Source: a virus. Taken from it: a DNA stretch of 44,536 bases. Shown piece by piece: positions 1 through 6,794 of this stretch. Under the pieces are notes generated by a model. It ran no database searches. It was not told the origin of the DNA and saw only the letters and a program-made list of their open reading frames with translations. The first letter of the stretch is position 1. Every line of letters begins with the position of its first letter. The translations under genes were made by a program, and so were the position numbers. The DNA lies in IMG/VR virus record IMGVR_UViG_3300025294_000010, positions 1 through 44,536 of that record. One strand, 5' to 3'.

Positions 1-127
1 CGCCTGCCGCCGCGGGAGTGGGCCGCGGCCTACAAGGAGGCCTACATGGGCTTCCAGTACACGCCGCCGCCTGCCGCGCGCGCCGCGCCCGCGCCCACGC
101 CGCTGCGACACCAGCCTCTGCGCCCCA
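1..127. repeat. Exact 127-bp duplicate of the window end (44410..44536): circular-closure overlap or terminal redundancy
   Basis: Base-by-base reading shows 1..127 (cgcctgccgccgcgggagtgg...cagcctctgcgcccca) equals 44410..44536. The ORF that runs off the 3' end stays in frame into base 1. Confidence 0.95.
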
Positions 128-237
128 GCGCCGTGCCTGGAGGCGCCGCCGCCGCGCCGGTACAGACGGAAGCTGACGTGGTGGCCGAGGCGCTGCGCCA
201 GGCCGCCGCGCTCGATGGTGTGCCGTTCAAGGGTTGA
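1..237 (+). CDS. Scaffolding-like protein, C-terminal 78 codons (continuation of 43531..44409 across the junction)
   Basis: Frame 1 is open from base 1 to TGA 235..237 (RLPPREWAAAYKEAYMGFQYTPPP...DGVPFKG*). Position 44410 is a codon start of the ORF beginning at ATG 43531, so the two pieces form one 371-aa protein between the portal and capsid genes. Confidence 0.75.
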   Translation, partial: RLPPREWAAAYKEAYMGFQYTPPPAARAAPAPTPLRHQPLRPSAVPGGAAAAPVQTEADVVAEALRQAAALDGVPFKG

Positions 238-266
238 CACGCCCTGATCTATACCGATACGTTATA

Positions 267-287
267 GGCGCCCCGCCATGGGGCGCC
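267..287 (+). promoter_or_regulatory. All-GC hairpin in the scaffold-capsid spacer
   Basis: GGCGCCCC (267..274) pairs with GGGGCGCC (280..287) as a perfect 8-bp stem with a 5-nt loop gccat. No T tract follows, so this is an mRNA structure or attenuator rather than a classical terminator. Confidence 0.45.
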
Positions 288-397
288 CGCTACAGGTCTA
301 GGCCGGGATGACCTCCGGTAGCGTCGGAAGTTCGAGCATGACGCGGCTCGAAGCGGACAGGTGAACACACCCTTTCCTTCTTCCAGAGAGCGCCAAC

Positions 398-1456
398 ATG
401 CCTTTCAACCAGACGCAGATCGACCAGATCGGTCACTACGCGATCAACTTCTACGCCAAGAATGAACCCGTGGACCAGGTGAACACCGGCCACCCGTTCT
501 ACGACTGGCTGGTGCGCAACAAGCAGGAGGAGCCGGCCGTCGGCCAGTTCTTCAGCGAGAACATCTACATCTCCAACGACTCGAACGGCCAGAACTACTT
601 CGGCGCCGATCAGGTCACCTACAACAGCCGTGACCCGGGCCGCCAGACCCAGTGGGCCTGGTACAACTACCACAACGGCTTCGGCTTCGATGAGGACACC
701 CTGAAGGCGGCTGGCGTCATCAAGACCGACGACCGCGAAGCGCAGGCGTCCGAGGCCGAGCGCTCCATCCTGATGAACCGCCTGAAGGTCGCGTACATGT
801 CGATGCGCCTGGGCACGCAGGAAGACCTGGCCATCGAGTTCCTGTGGGACGGCACCCAGTCCACCAAGGCCGTGCCGGGCGTGGGTAATATCATCTCGCT
901 GACCCCGAACACCGGCACCGTCGGAGGCATCGACGCGGGCACCAACACCTACTGGCGCAACAACACCAGCCTGGGCATCGTGACCAGCACGCCGGCCAAC
1001 GGCAACATCAACGCCGCGCTGAAGTCGATGTGGCGCGCCAACACGCGCCGCGGCGGCGCCGCCCCGACCGTAATCTTCGCCGGCCAGGCCTTCATCGAAG
1101 CCCTGGAAGCCGAGAACCGCGCCATCTCGCACCTGAACGTGACGATGGACAACAGCGGCCGCGGCACCAGCTACGACGGCGGCGTCAACAAGACCGACTT
1201 CAACGGCATCCCGGTCATCTGGGACCCGACGTTCGAGACGATCGACGCCAAGTACAGCCCGGCCACCCCGTACACCAAGCGCGCCTACATGGTGTCCGAG
1301 CGCGCGCTGGTGCTGCGCCCGGTCCAGGGCTTCTGGATGCTGGATCGCAAGCCGCCGCGCGTCTACGACCGCTACGTCCACTACTGGGGCCGCACCGCGT
1401 CGTACCGCCTGACCACCAACCGCCGCAACGGCCTGGCCGTTCTGTCGATCGCCTGA
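398..1456 (+). CDS. Major capsid protein (HK97-fold type inferred)
   Basis: 352-aa ORF directly after the scaffold-like gene, in portal-scaffold-capsid order. It is followed 8 nt later by a strong intrinsic terminator. The call rests on size and position; no profile search was possible. Confidence 0.8.
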   Translation: MPFNQTQIDQIGHYAINFYAKNEPVDQVNTGHPFYDWLVRNKQEEPAVGQFFSENIYISNDSNGQNYFGADQVTYNSRDPGRQTQWAWYNYHNGFGFDEDTLKAAGVIKTDDREAQASEAERSILMNRLKVAYMSMRLGTQEDLAIEFLWDGTQSTKAVPGVGNIISLTPNTGTVGGIDAGTNTYWRNNTSLGIVTSTPANGNINAALKSMWRANTRRGGAAPTVIFAGQAFIEALEAENRAISHLNVTMDNSGRGTSYDGGVNKTDFNGIPVIWDPTFETIDAKYSPATPYTKRAYMVSERALVLRPVQGFWMLDRKPPRVYDRYVHYWGRTASYRLTTNRRNGLAVLSIA

Positions 1457-1464
1457 TCCTGAGC

Positions 1465-1495
1465 AGCCCGGCCAGCCTATACTGGCCGGGCTTTT
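1465..1495 (+). terminator. Rho-independent terminator after the capsid gene
   Basis: AGCCCGGCCAG (1465..1475) pairs with CTGGCCGGGCT (1482..1492) as an 11-bp stem with a 6-nt loop, followed by TTT. Confidence 0.85.
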
Positions 1496-1520
1496 CCAGA
1501 CCTTTTCCGGAGAATTTGCA

Positions 1521-1838
1521 ATGACCATGCTCAAGAATCTGCCGAACGTCGACATGACGGCGGTGGCGGCACAGGCGGCGGTGAAGCTGGGTGAAACCCC
1601 GTTCTTCCCGGGCGGCAACTGCATCCTCAACCTCGATGAGCCGATCGGCGGTGCCGGCGTGCTGCTGGTCGAAGGCTCGGCAGACGGTTCGACCAACTGG
1701 TCCACCCTGGCCACCCTCAACGCGGCCACCACCGCGCCCCTTCACGTCGAGATTTCGCCGAATCCGCTATGGATTCGCACGCGCGTGACCACCGTGGGCA
1801 CGGGCACCCTGTCCCCGACTCTCGAAGGTATCCAGTGA
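1521..1838 (+). CDS. Hypothetical small virion-module protein (head decoration is only a positional guess)
   Basis: 105 aa. A GGAGAA RBS lies 6 nt upstream of the ATG. The frame is GC3-rich and lies between the capsid terminator and the next coupled ORF. Confidence 0.65.
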   Translation: MTMLKNLPNVDMTAVAAQAAVKLGETPFFPGGNCILNLDEPIGGAGVLLVEGSADGSTNWSTLATLNAATTAPLHVEISPNPLWIRTRVTTVGTGTLSPTLEGIQ

Positions 1839-2458
1839 TGGCCAGCAACCAGAACAAGCCGGCGGAAGCCGACAAGACCAACGACACCCCCGCCACCGGC
1901 CTGGGTGAGGCCCTGCGCGCGCCGGACGTGCGCGCCGATGGCCTGACCGCCGAGCAGGCGGCAGCAGCCACCGCGCCGGCCCCGGACGGCCCGCCGGTGC
2001 CCTCGCAGCAGGCCGGCCTCAACGTCACCCGCAAGGTGAAGGACGAGGACAAGGACGGCCACCAGGATCCGGTCGGTCCTCGCAAGACCGTGGGCGTCTA
2101 CCACATCCTGGTCGAGCGTTCGAACAACGAGAAGATCTCCTCCGAAGCGCTCGCGCACGAGATCCCGATCCTGTACGCGCTGCATGGCGAGGATCACGTC
2201 ACCTTCCCGGGTTACGACGTGGACACCGACGTGAGCGACGTGGAGCCGATCTACGAGGTGGAGATCGACGACGATCCGCAGTCGATCCTGGACACCCTGC
2301 GCCTGAAGTTCAACAACAAGTCCGACGGCGACGTGGTGATGCGCGTCTACCGCGACGCCGATGAACTTGCCAGCAAGGCTGGCTTCACCAAGCGCAAGGG
2401 CAAGGCGAAGGTGCGACCGCAGTCCGACAACACCGACGCGCGCCGCAAGGCCAGGTAA
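1838..2458 (+). CDS. Hypothetical acidic protein
   Basis: 206 aa. ATG 1838 overlaps the upstream stop (TGATG). The N-terminus is Ala/Pro/Asp-rich and is followed by an acidic globular part. The longer track start at 1769 lies inside the upstream CDS. Confidence 0.65.
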   Translation: MASNQNKPAEADKTNDTPATGLGEALRAPDVRADGLTAEQAAAATAPAPDGPPVPSQQAGLNVTRKVKDEDKDGHQDPVGPRKTVGVYHILVERSNNEKISSEALAHEIPILYALHGEDHVTFPGYDVDTDVSDVEPIYEVEIDDDPQSILDTLRLKFNNKSDGDVVMRVYRDADELASKAGFTKRKGKAKVRPQSDNTDARRKAR

Positions 2459-2464
2459 CCAGGC

Positions 2465-2486
2465 AGGGGCGGGAAACCGCCCCTTC
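2465..2486 (+). terminator. Terminator-like hairpin with GAAA tetraloop
   Basis: AGGGGCGG (2465..2472), loop GAAA, CCGCCCCT (2477..2484). Only a short TT follows, so any terminator would be weak or leaky. Confidence 0.45.
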
Positions 2487-2503
2487 CTGCAAGGGGAGCC
2501 GTG

Positions 2504-3013
2504 ATGTCGTTCGAGCAAGCACACCGCCTGATCCTGGAGTTCGAAGGCGGAAAGTCCGACGATCCGAGGGATCCGGGTGGGCGCACCAATCTTGGCGTGA
2601 CCCAGCAGACCCTGGACACCTTCCGGAAGAAAAACCCCTCCTGGGGGTTGCCGGCGGACGTGTTTGATTTGAACGTGGGCGAGTCCGGCATGATCTACAA
2701 GCAAGGCTACTGGGACGAGATGCGATGCGACGAAATGCCGGGGGGCATCGCGCTGATGGCGTTCGACTGCGCGGTCAATCAGGGGTCGGGGCGAGCCAAG
2801 CGGCTGCTTCAGACATCGGCCAAGGTGACGGCGGACGGGATCATCGGGCCGGCGACACTGAATGCGGTGAAGGCGGCCGACCAGGAGAAGCTGCGGGCCG
2901 AGTTCGCGGCCCAGCGCGTGATGGCATACATCAGCACCGGCAGGATGGCCACGTTCGGGCTTGGCTGGATGAGGCGCTTGATGCGCGTCCTCCAGGTAGC
3001 CGGGAGCCAGTGA
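2504..3013 (+). CDS. Endolysin, GH108-type muramidase with C-terminal peptidoglycan-binding motif
   Basis: LILEFEGGKSDDPRDPGGRTNLGVT matches the GH108 N-terminal signature (EGG...DPGG.T..G.T). DGIIGPATLNAV matches PG_binding_3-type motifs. An AAGGGGAG RBS precedes ATG 2504. The N-terminus is hydrophilic, with no signal or SAR segment. Confidence 0.85.
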   Translation: MSFEQAHRLILEFEGGKSDDPRDPGGRTNLGVTQQTLDTFRKKNPSWGLPADVFDLNVGESGMIYKQGYWDEMRCDEMPGGIALMAFDCAVNQGSGRAKRLLQTSAKVTADGIIGPATLNAVKAADQEKLRAEFAAQRVMAYISTGRMATFGLGWMRRLMRVLQVAGSQ

Positions 3014-3336
3014 TGGAGCTGGAGCCGCGCGAAGGCGGTCGCATGCACTTCAAGCTCGGTCCGATCGAGCTTTGGGTCGTAGGGATCATCGCCTTTGCCT
3101 TCATCGGTGGCTGCGGAAAATTCGTCAATAGCATCAACTCCAAGATGGACGAGATGGTCAAGGCGCAGCAGCAGCTGACCACGCAGCAGGCGGTGACCAA
3201 CCAGCAGATCCTGACCCTCTCGGCGCAGCTCTCCGACGTGCCGGCGCTCTCCCAACGCGTGAGTAAGCTGGAGGTGCAGATGGAACAGCAGACCGCGGAG
3301 ACGGCTGAACTGAGGCGACTGAGGGGGTTGAAATGA
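3013..3336 (+). CDS. Membrane protein of the lysis cassette (holin/antiholin candidate)
   Basis: 107 aa. The ATG overlaps the endolysin stop (TGATG). There is one TM helix (LWVVGIIAFAFIGGCG) followed by a Gln-rich coiled coil. Confidence 0.6.
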   Translation: MELEPREGGRMHFKLGPIELWVVGIIAFAFIGGCGKFVNSINSKMDEMVKAQQQLTTQQAVTNQQILTLSAQLSDVPALSQRVSKLEVQMEQQTAETAELRRLRGLK

Positions 3337-3680
3337 AGGACCAGCAGGAGGTACTGAACCTGGGCGGCGCGTCCATCGCCATGGCGCTGGTGGCGATCCT
3401 GGCCTACCTGTGCTGGACCCTGGCCACGCAGGAGATCCCTGCCTCCAACGAGAACATCCTGTTCGCCGTGGTCGGCGTGGTGGCCACGCAGATTACGCAG
3501 ATCGTGAGCTTCTTCTTCGGGTCCAGCCAGTCCTCCAAGAAGCAGTCCGAGACGATCGACAAGCTGGCGCAGACCACCCACCAGGCCCAGTCCGCGGCGC
3601 TTCCGTCGGATAAGGCCACTGTCACCCTGGCGCCCGGCGCCAGCGCCACCGTGGAGGCGTCCGATGGCGGCCATCCTTGA
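3333..3680 (+). CDS. Holin candidate (two TM helices)
   Basis: 115 aa. Its ATG overlaps the upstream stop as ATGA. TM1 is ASIAMALVAILAYLCWTLA and TM2 is ILFAVVGVVATQITQIVSFFFG, followed by a hydrophilic C-tail. Confidence 0.65.
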   Translation: MKDQQEVLNLGGASIAMALVAILAYLCWTLATQEIPASNENILFAVVGVVATQITQIVSFFFGSSQSSKKQSETIDKLAQTTHQAQSAALPSDKATVTLAPGASATVEASDGGHP

Positions 3681-4068
3681 CCCCGTGCGCCCGTATCTGT
3701 GGGCGCTGAAGCTGGCCGGCTGGTGCCTGCTGGCGGCGGTGCTGGTACTGGGCGGCTGCCGCTGGGAGCATGCCCGCATGCAGGGCAAGGTCGAGCAGGC
3801 CCAGGCCAAGCAGAAGGCGGCCGAGGACCAGGCCGACGGCTACGTCCGTACCCTGAACACAATTAACGACCAGACCAAGGCGGCCGTGGCCGCCGCGGCG
3901 CAGGAGAAGGCCAAGGCCGACGCGGCGGTGAAATCCGCGCAGAAGGTGGCCGAGGAGTCGCGCCAGCGCGCTGCCAGCGCCGAGGCAGCGCTGCAGGCGG
4001 CCAAGCGCAACCCCACCTGCCGGTCCCAACTCGAGATGCAGCTATGCGACTCCATCCCCTTGCTGTGA
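3664..4068 (+). CDS. Rz: Inner-membrane spanin (i-spanin, Rz-like)
   Basis: 134 aa. It has an N-terminal TM anchor (LKLAGWCLLAAVLVLGG), a long Ala/Gln/Lys coiled coil and C-terminal Cys residues. The lipoprotein gene starts inside its 3' end. Confidence 0.8.
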   Translation: MAAILDPVRPYLWALKLAGWCLLAAVLVLGGCRWEHARMQGKVEQAQAKQKAAEDQADGYVRTLNTINDQTKAAVAAAAQEKAKADAAVKSAQKVAEESRQRAASAEAALQAAKRNPTCRSQLEMQLCDSIPLL

Positions 4069-4298
4069 TCGCCGCGGCGGCTCTGGCCGGCTGCTCACCG
4101 GCGCGCCCGGATCCGCCGAAGGTGGTCTACGTGACCGTCGAGAAGACCGTGGCCGTGCCCGAGCAGCTGACCCGTCCATGCCCGGTGACGCGCCCGAAGC
4201 AGCGCCGCGTCGAGGATGTGGTGAGCGCCTACAACGCCAACGTGGAGAGCCTGACGCGCTGCAACGACCAGCTGGACAAGGTGCGGGAGCTGAGGTGA
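4044..4298 (+). CDS. Rz1: Outer-membrane lipoprotein spanin (o-spanin, Rz1-like)
   Basis: 84 aa. It has a signal peptide with lipobox LAGC (Cys17) and a Pro-rich mature N-terminus (SPARPDPPK). It begins 25 nt before the Rz stop in another frame, giving the overlapped spanin architecture. Confidence 0.8.
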   Translation: MRLHPLAVIAAAALAGCSPARPDPPKVVYVTVEKTVAVPEQLTRPCPVTRPKQRRVEDVVSAYNANVESLTRCNDQLDKVRELR

Positions 4299-4798
4299 TC
4301 GACTTCCACGTCCTCACGATGCCGGACATGCGGCAGGACTGGCTCAACCAGTCGGTCCTCAGCATCCTGGACGCTGCCAAGCAGGCGCAGGTTCCGGTGT
4401 CCGTCCGGCTGCTGCCCGGCATCGAGGGCCACATCGGTCGCGCGCGCAAGCAGGCATTCGCGGCCGGAACCCACCCATGGGTGTCGTGGGTCGATGGGGA
4501 CGACTGGATCTCCCGCGATGCCATCGCCATGCTGGCCAGCCATATGGACGCCGCCCGCGCGGTCAGCGGCCGCGGAATCCATGTCCATGAGGACGGGCGC
4601 ATGGTGCGCGCCTCGCGCGGGCTGGTGCTTGCGCGCCGGGAGGATGCGGACATATTCGACTGGGAGCGCTACCCGTACTGCGGCACCTGTTCGTTCCAGG
4701 ATTCCCTCGGCGGCGTGCACGTCGACCACCATGGGTACTACCGCCGGAGGTATGATTCACCGGCACGCAAGCTGCGGGGTGATGCGCCATGTGGGTGA
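4295..4798 (+). CDS. Short GT-A (family 2-like) glycosyltransferase candidate
   Basis: 167 aa from GTG 4295, which overlaps the Rz1 stop as GTGA (an ATG at 4319 is an alternative start). GHIGRARKQAFAAGTHPWVSWVDGDDWISRDAIAML follows the GT2 pattern G.a.arN.g...A.g.wv.flD.DD.i..dal, including a DxD motif (DGDD). Confidence 0.5.
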   Translation: MIDFHVLTMPDMRQDWLNQSVLSILDAAKQAQVPVSVRLLPGIEGHIGRARKQAFAAGTHPWVSWVDGDDWISRDAIAMLASHMDAARAVSGRGIHVHEDGRMVRASRGLVLARREDADIFDWERYPYCGTCSFQDSLGGVHVDHHGYYRRRYDSPARKLRGDAPCG

Positions 4799-6006
4799 AC
4801 ATTTTCGAGCTGGGGACCGGATACCGGACCTGGGGCCAGCGCTCCAGTGACAACTGGTTCTGGGCGGGGGGCACGCCTTTCGCCATCAACAGCGCTGCGG
4901 ATGCGGTGATGGTCGATGACTGCGACCCGGTGTTCTCCTACCAGGCCAGCGACCATGCGGTGATCCGCACGCAGTTCCCCAGCACCGCAGGCGTCAACAT
5001 CCTGTACCTGGAGATCCCCGGGTGGGGTGTCGGCTCCAACAACTTCCGCATCCGGTGTGAAAGCGACGCCACGGACAGCGCGAATTTCGATCTGTGCCAG
5101 ATGGCGATCGATGGCACCGACACGCCGGTCATCGGCACCATCATCAACAACTTCATGACGCCATCGGCGCCGCTTGAGATCGCCGTTTCTGGCAACGACG
5201 GAAACGACGGCATCGCCATCAAGGTGACCGAAAGCCAGGCCAACCAGCCGGCAAACTTCTTCGTGGAGCAATGGGTGGACAGTCCGGAAGAAGTCTCCTA
5301 CAACTGCGAGTGCGACGACGAGTATCCGCGCAAGACGCTGGCGGAGATGCGCAAGTACGTGCTAACCCGGCTCGGCATGTATACGCCGACGCTGCTTCCT
5401 GGCACCAAGGACCTGATCGACGCCTTCATCGTGGATGCGCAGGAGCAGCTGTCCGAGGCGTACAAGGTCTTCCGCATGGAGCGCTTCTTCACCTGGAACC
5501 TGGTTCCCGGGGTGCGCTTCTACGACCTGGACGCCAACGCTGACACCTGCACCAAGAAGCTGGATCCGCGCATGCTGACGTGGGTCGGCATCTCGCAGCA
5601 GGATAATTTCTGGAGACCGCTGGTGTGCGGAATCCGGCCGGAGTTCTACTACTCCAACATCGAGTCATGGCCGACGCACTACGAGATCCGTCAGTGCATC
5701 GAGCTGTGGCCCGCGCCGTCGGACGAGAACTGGAAGCTTCGCATCAAGGGCTACTTCGGCCTGATGCCGCTGGTCGATGACGAGGACTACTCCACCATCG
5801 ACTACCAGGCCATCCAGCTTTTCGCGCTTGCCAATGCCAAGGCGCACTACCAGCAGCCGGATGCGGCCAACATCATGGCGCAGGCCAACGCCTACATCAA
5901 AAGCTTGGTGGCAGGCCAGCACCAGACGCGCCGGTACATCCCCGGCGTGGACCTGTACGTGCCGCCGCCGCTTCCGGTGCTTACCGGTTATCCGGGTGAC
6001 CCATGA
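4789..6006 (+). CDS. Virion structural protein (head-tail adaptor / tubular-A-like by position)
   Basis: 405 aa, overlapping the upstream gene by 10 nt. The N-terminal half looks like a beta-sandwich and the C-terminal half is helical. It is the first gene of the tail block, so the function is positional inference only. Confidence 0.55.
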   Translation: MWVNIFELGTGYRTWGQRSSDNWFWAGGTPFAINSAADAVMVDDCDPVFSYQASDHAVIRTQFPSTAGVNILYLEIPGWGVGSNNFRIRCESDATDSANFDLCQMAIDGTDTPVIGTIINNFMTPSAPLEIAVSGNDGNDGIAIKVTESQANQPANFFVEQWVDSPEEVSYNCECDDEYPRKTLAEMRKYVLTRLGMYTPTLLPGTKDLIDAFIVDAQEQLSEAYKVFRMERFFTWNLVPGVRFYDLDANADTCTKKLDPRMLTWVGISQQDNFWRPLVCGIRPEFYYSNIESWPTHYEIRQCIELWPAPSDENWKLRIKGYFGLMPLVDDEDYSTIDYQAIQLFALANAKAHYQQPDAANIMAQANAYIKSLVAGQHQTRRYIPGVDLYVPPPLPVLTGYPGDP

Positions 6007-6794
6007 GGGACTTTGCGATCTCCAGCGCGAAGTCCGGCATGAACCGCCAGCGCAACAAGGGCGGCGCGCCGAAGGACTCGTTCTACTCGCTGAAGGAGTG
6101 CTACGTCACCTCCGACCGCAGCGTGGTGCCGCGCCCCGGCACCGTGCGCGACGTGGCGCTGCCGGTTGGCACGAAGGGACTCATGGCCTTCCGAGGGAGG
6201 CTATGGGTGTTCTCCAGCGAGCCGCTGACCTCGCCGGACCCGAAGTACGTCATCTCCACCCTGCAGCACCCGGACCCGGCATCCACGGCCAACCTGAAGG
6301 AGATCCACTTCGCGCAGCCGTTCCTCGGCTTCCCCTACGTCGTGGCGGAGTTCGATGACGACCCGACGAAGTTCTACCACTACTGGCTGCAGGACACCGG
6401 CACCTGGCTGCCGAACCACATCTACGCCATCGGCGAGGTGGTGCAGCCCACGTCCCCGAACGGATACACCTACACCGCCACGCGCCTGGGCGCAGCCAAC
6501 CCAGTGTGGGCTGCCGGACAGCCGCGCGCGATCGGTGACGTGATCGAGCCGACGGTGGCCAACGGCTACCAGTACCGCGTCATCGACGTGGCCGGCGACA
6601 ACCCGGTGTCCGGGTCCATCGAGCCGGCATGGATCGCGCAGGATGGCGCCATCGTCTACGAGGACAACGACACCACCGGCACTTCCAGCGGCAGCGCTGC
6701 GCCGACCGTCCCGCCGTCGGTGAGCGACCGCTACAGCAACCAGGGCGGCTCTGGCGGCGCGATGACCAACAGCAACACGACGCAGGCGAACTGA
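6003..6794 (+). CDS. Tail-associated protein with NGY / EPxW repeat motifs
   Basis: 263 aa with an ATGA start overlap. It carries two copies of G(E/D)V(V/I).PT..NGY.Y motifs and SGSIEPAWIAQDGAIVYED (aa 144-222). Confidence 0.6.
   Translation: MRDFAISSAKSGMNRQRNKGGAPKDSFYSLKECYVTSDRSVVPRPGTVRDVALPVGTKGLMAFRGRLWVFSSEPLTSPDPKYVISTLQHPDPASTANLKEIHFAQPFLGFPYVVAEFDDDPTKFYHYWLQDTGTWLPNHIYAIGEVVQPTSPNGYTYTATRLGAANPVWAAGQPRAIGDVIEPTVANGYQYRVIDVAGDNPVSGSIEPAWIAQDGAIVYEDNDTTGTSSGSAAPTVPPSVSDRYSNQGGSGGAMTNSNTTQAN

Noticed and set aside
1-127. Reading the 127-bp end repeat as a biological direct terminal repeat.
   Set aside because: The repeat falls in the middle of the scaffold-like coding sequence, and its length equals a common assembler k-mer. 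An assembly closure artefact is more likely, though only read-level data can decide.
290-1732. Very long antisense or out-of-frame ORFs throughout the track, for example 290..1732(-), 6731..8311(-), 10018..11889(-), 12547..14259(-), 15052..17070(-), 37918..39030(-), 39012..41174(-) and 43360..44520(-).
   Set aside because: Their translations are Arg/Ala/Gly/Pro-rich low-complexity strings, typical of non-coding frames in GC-rich DNA. They lie opposite ORFs with clear motifs and strong GC3 bias, and they lack RBS or operon logic.
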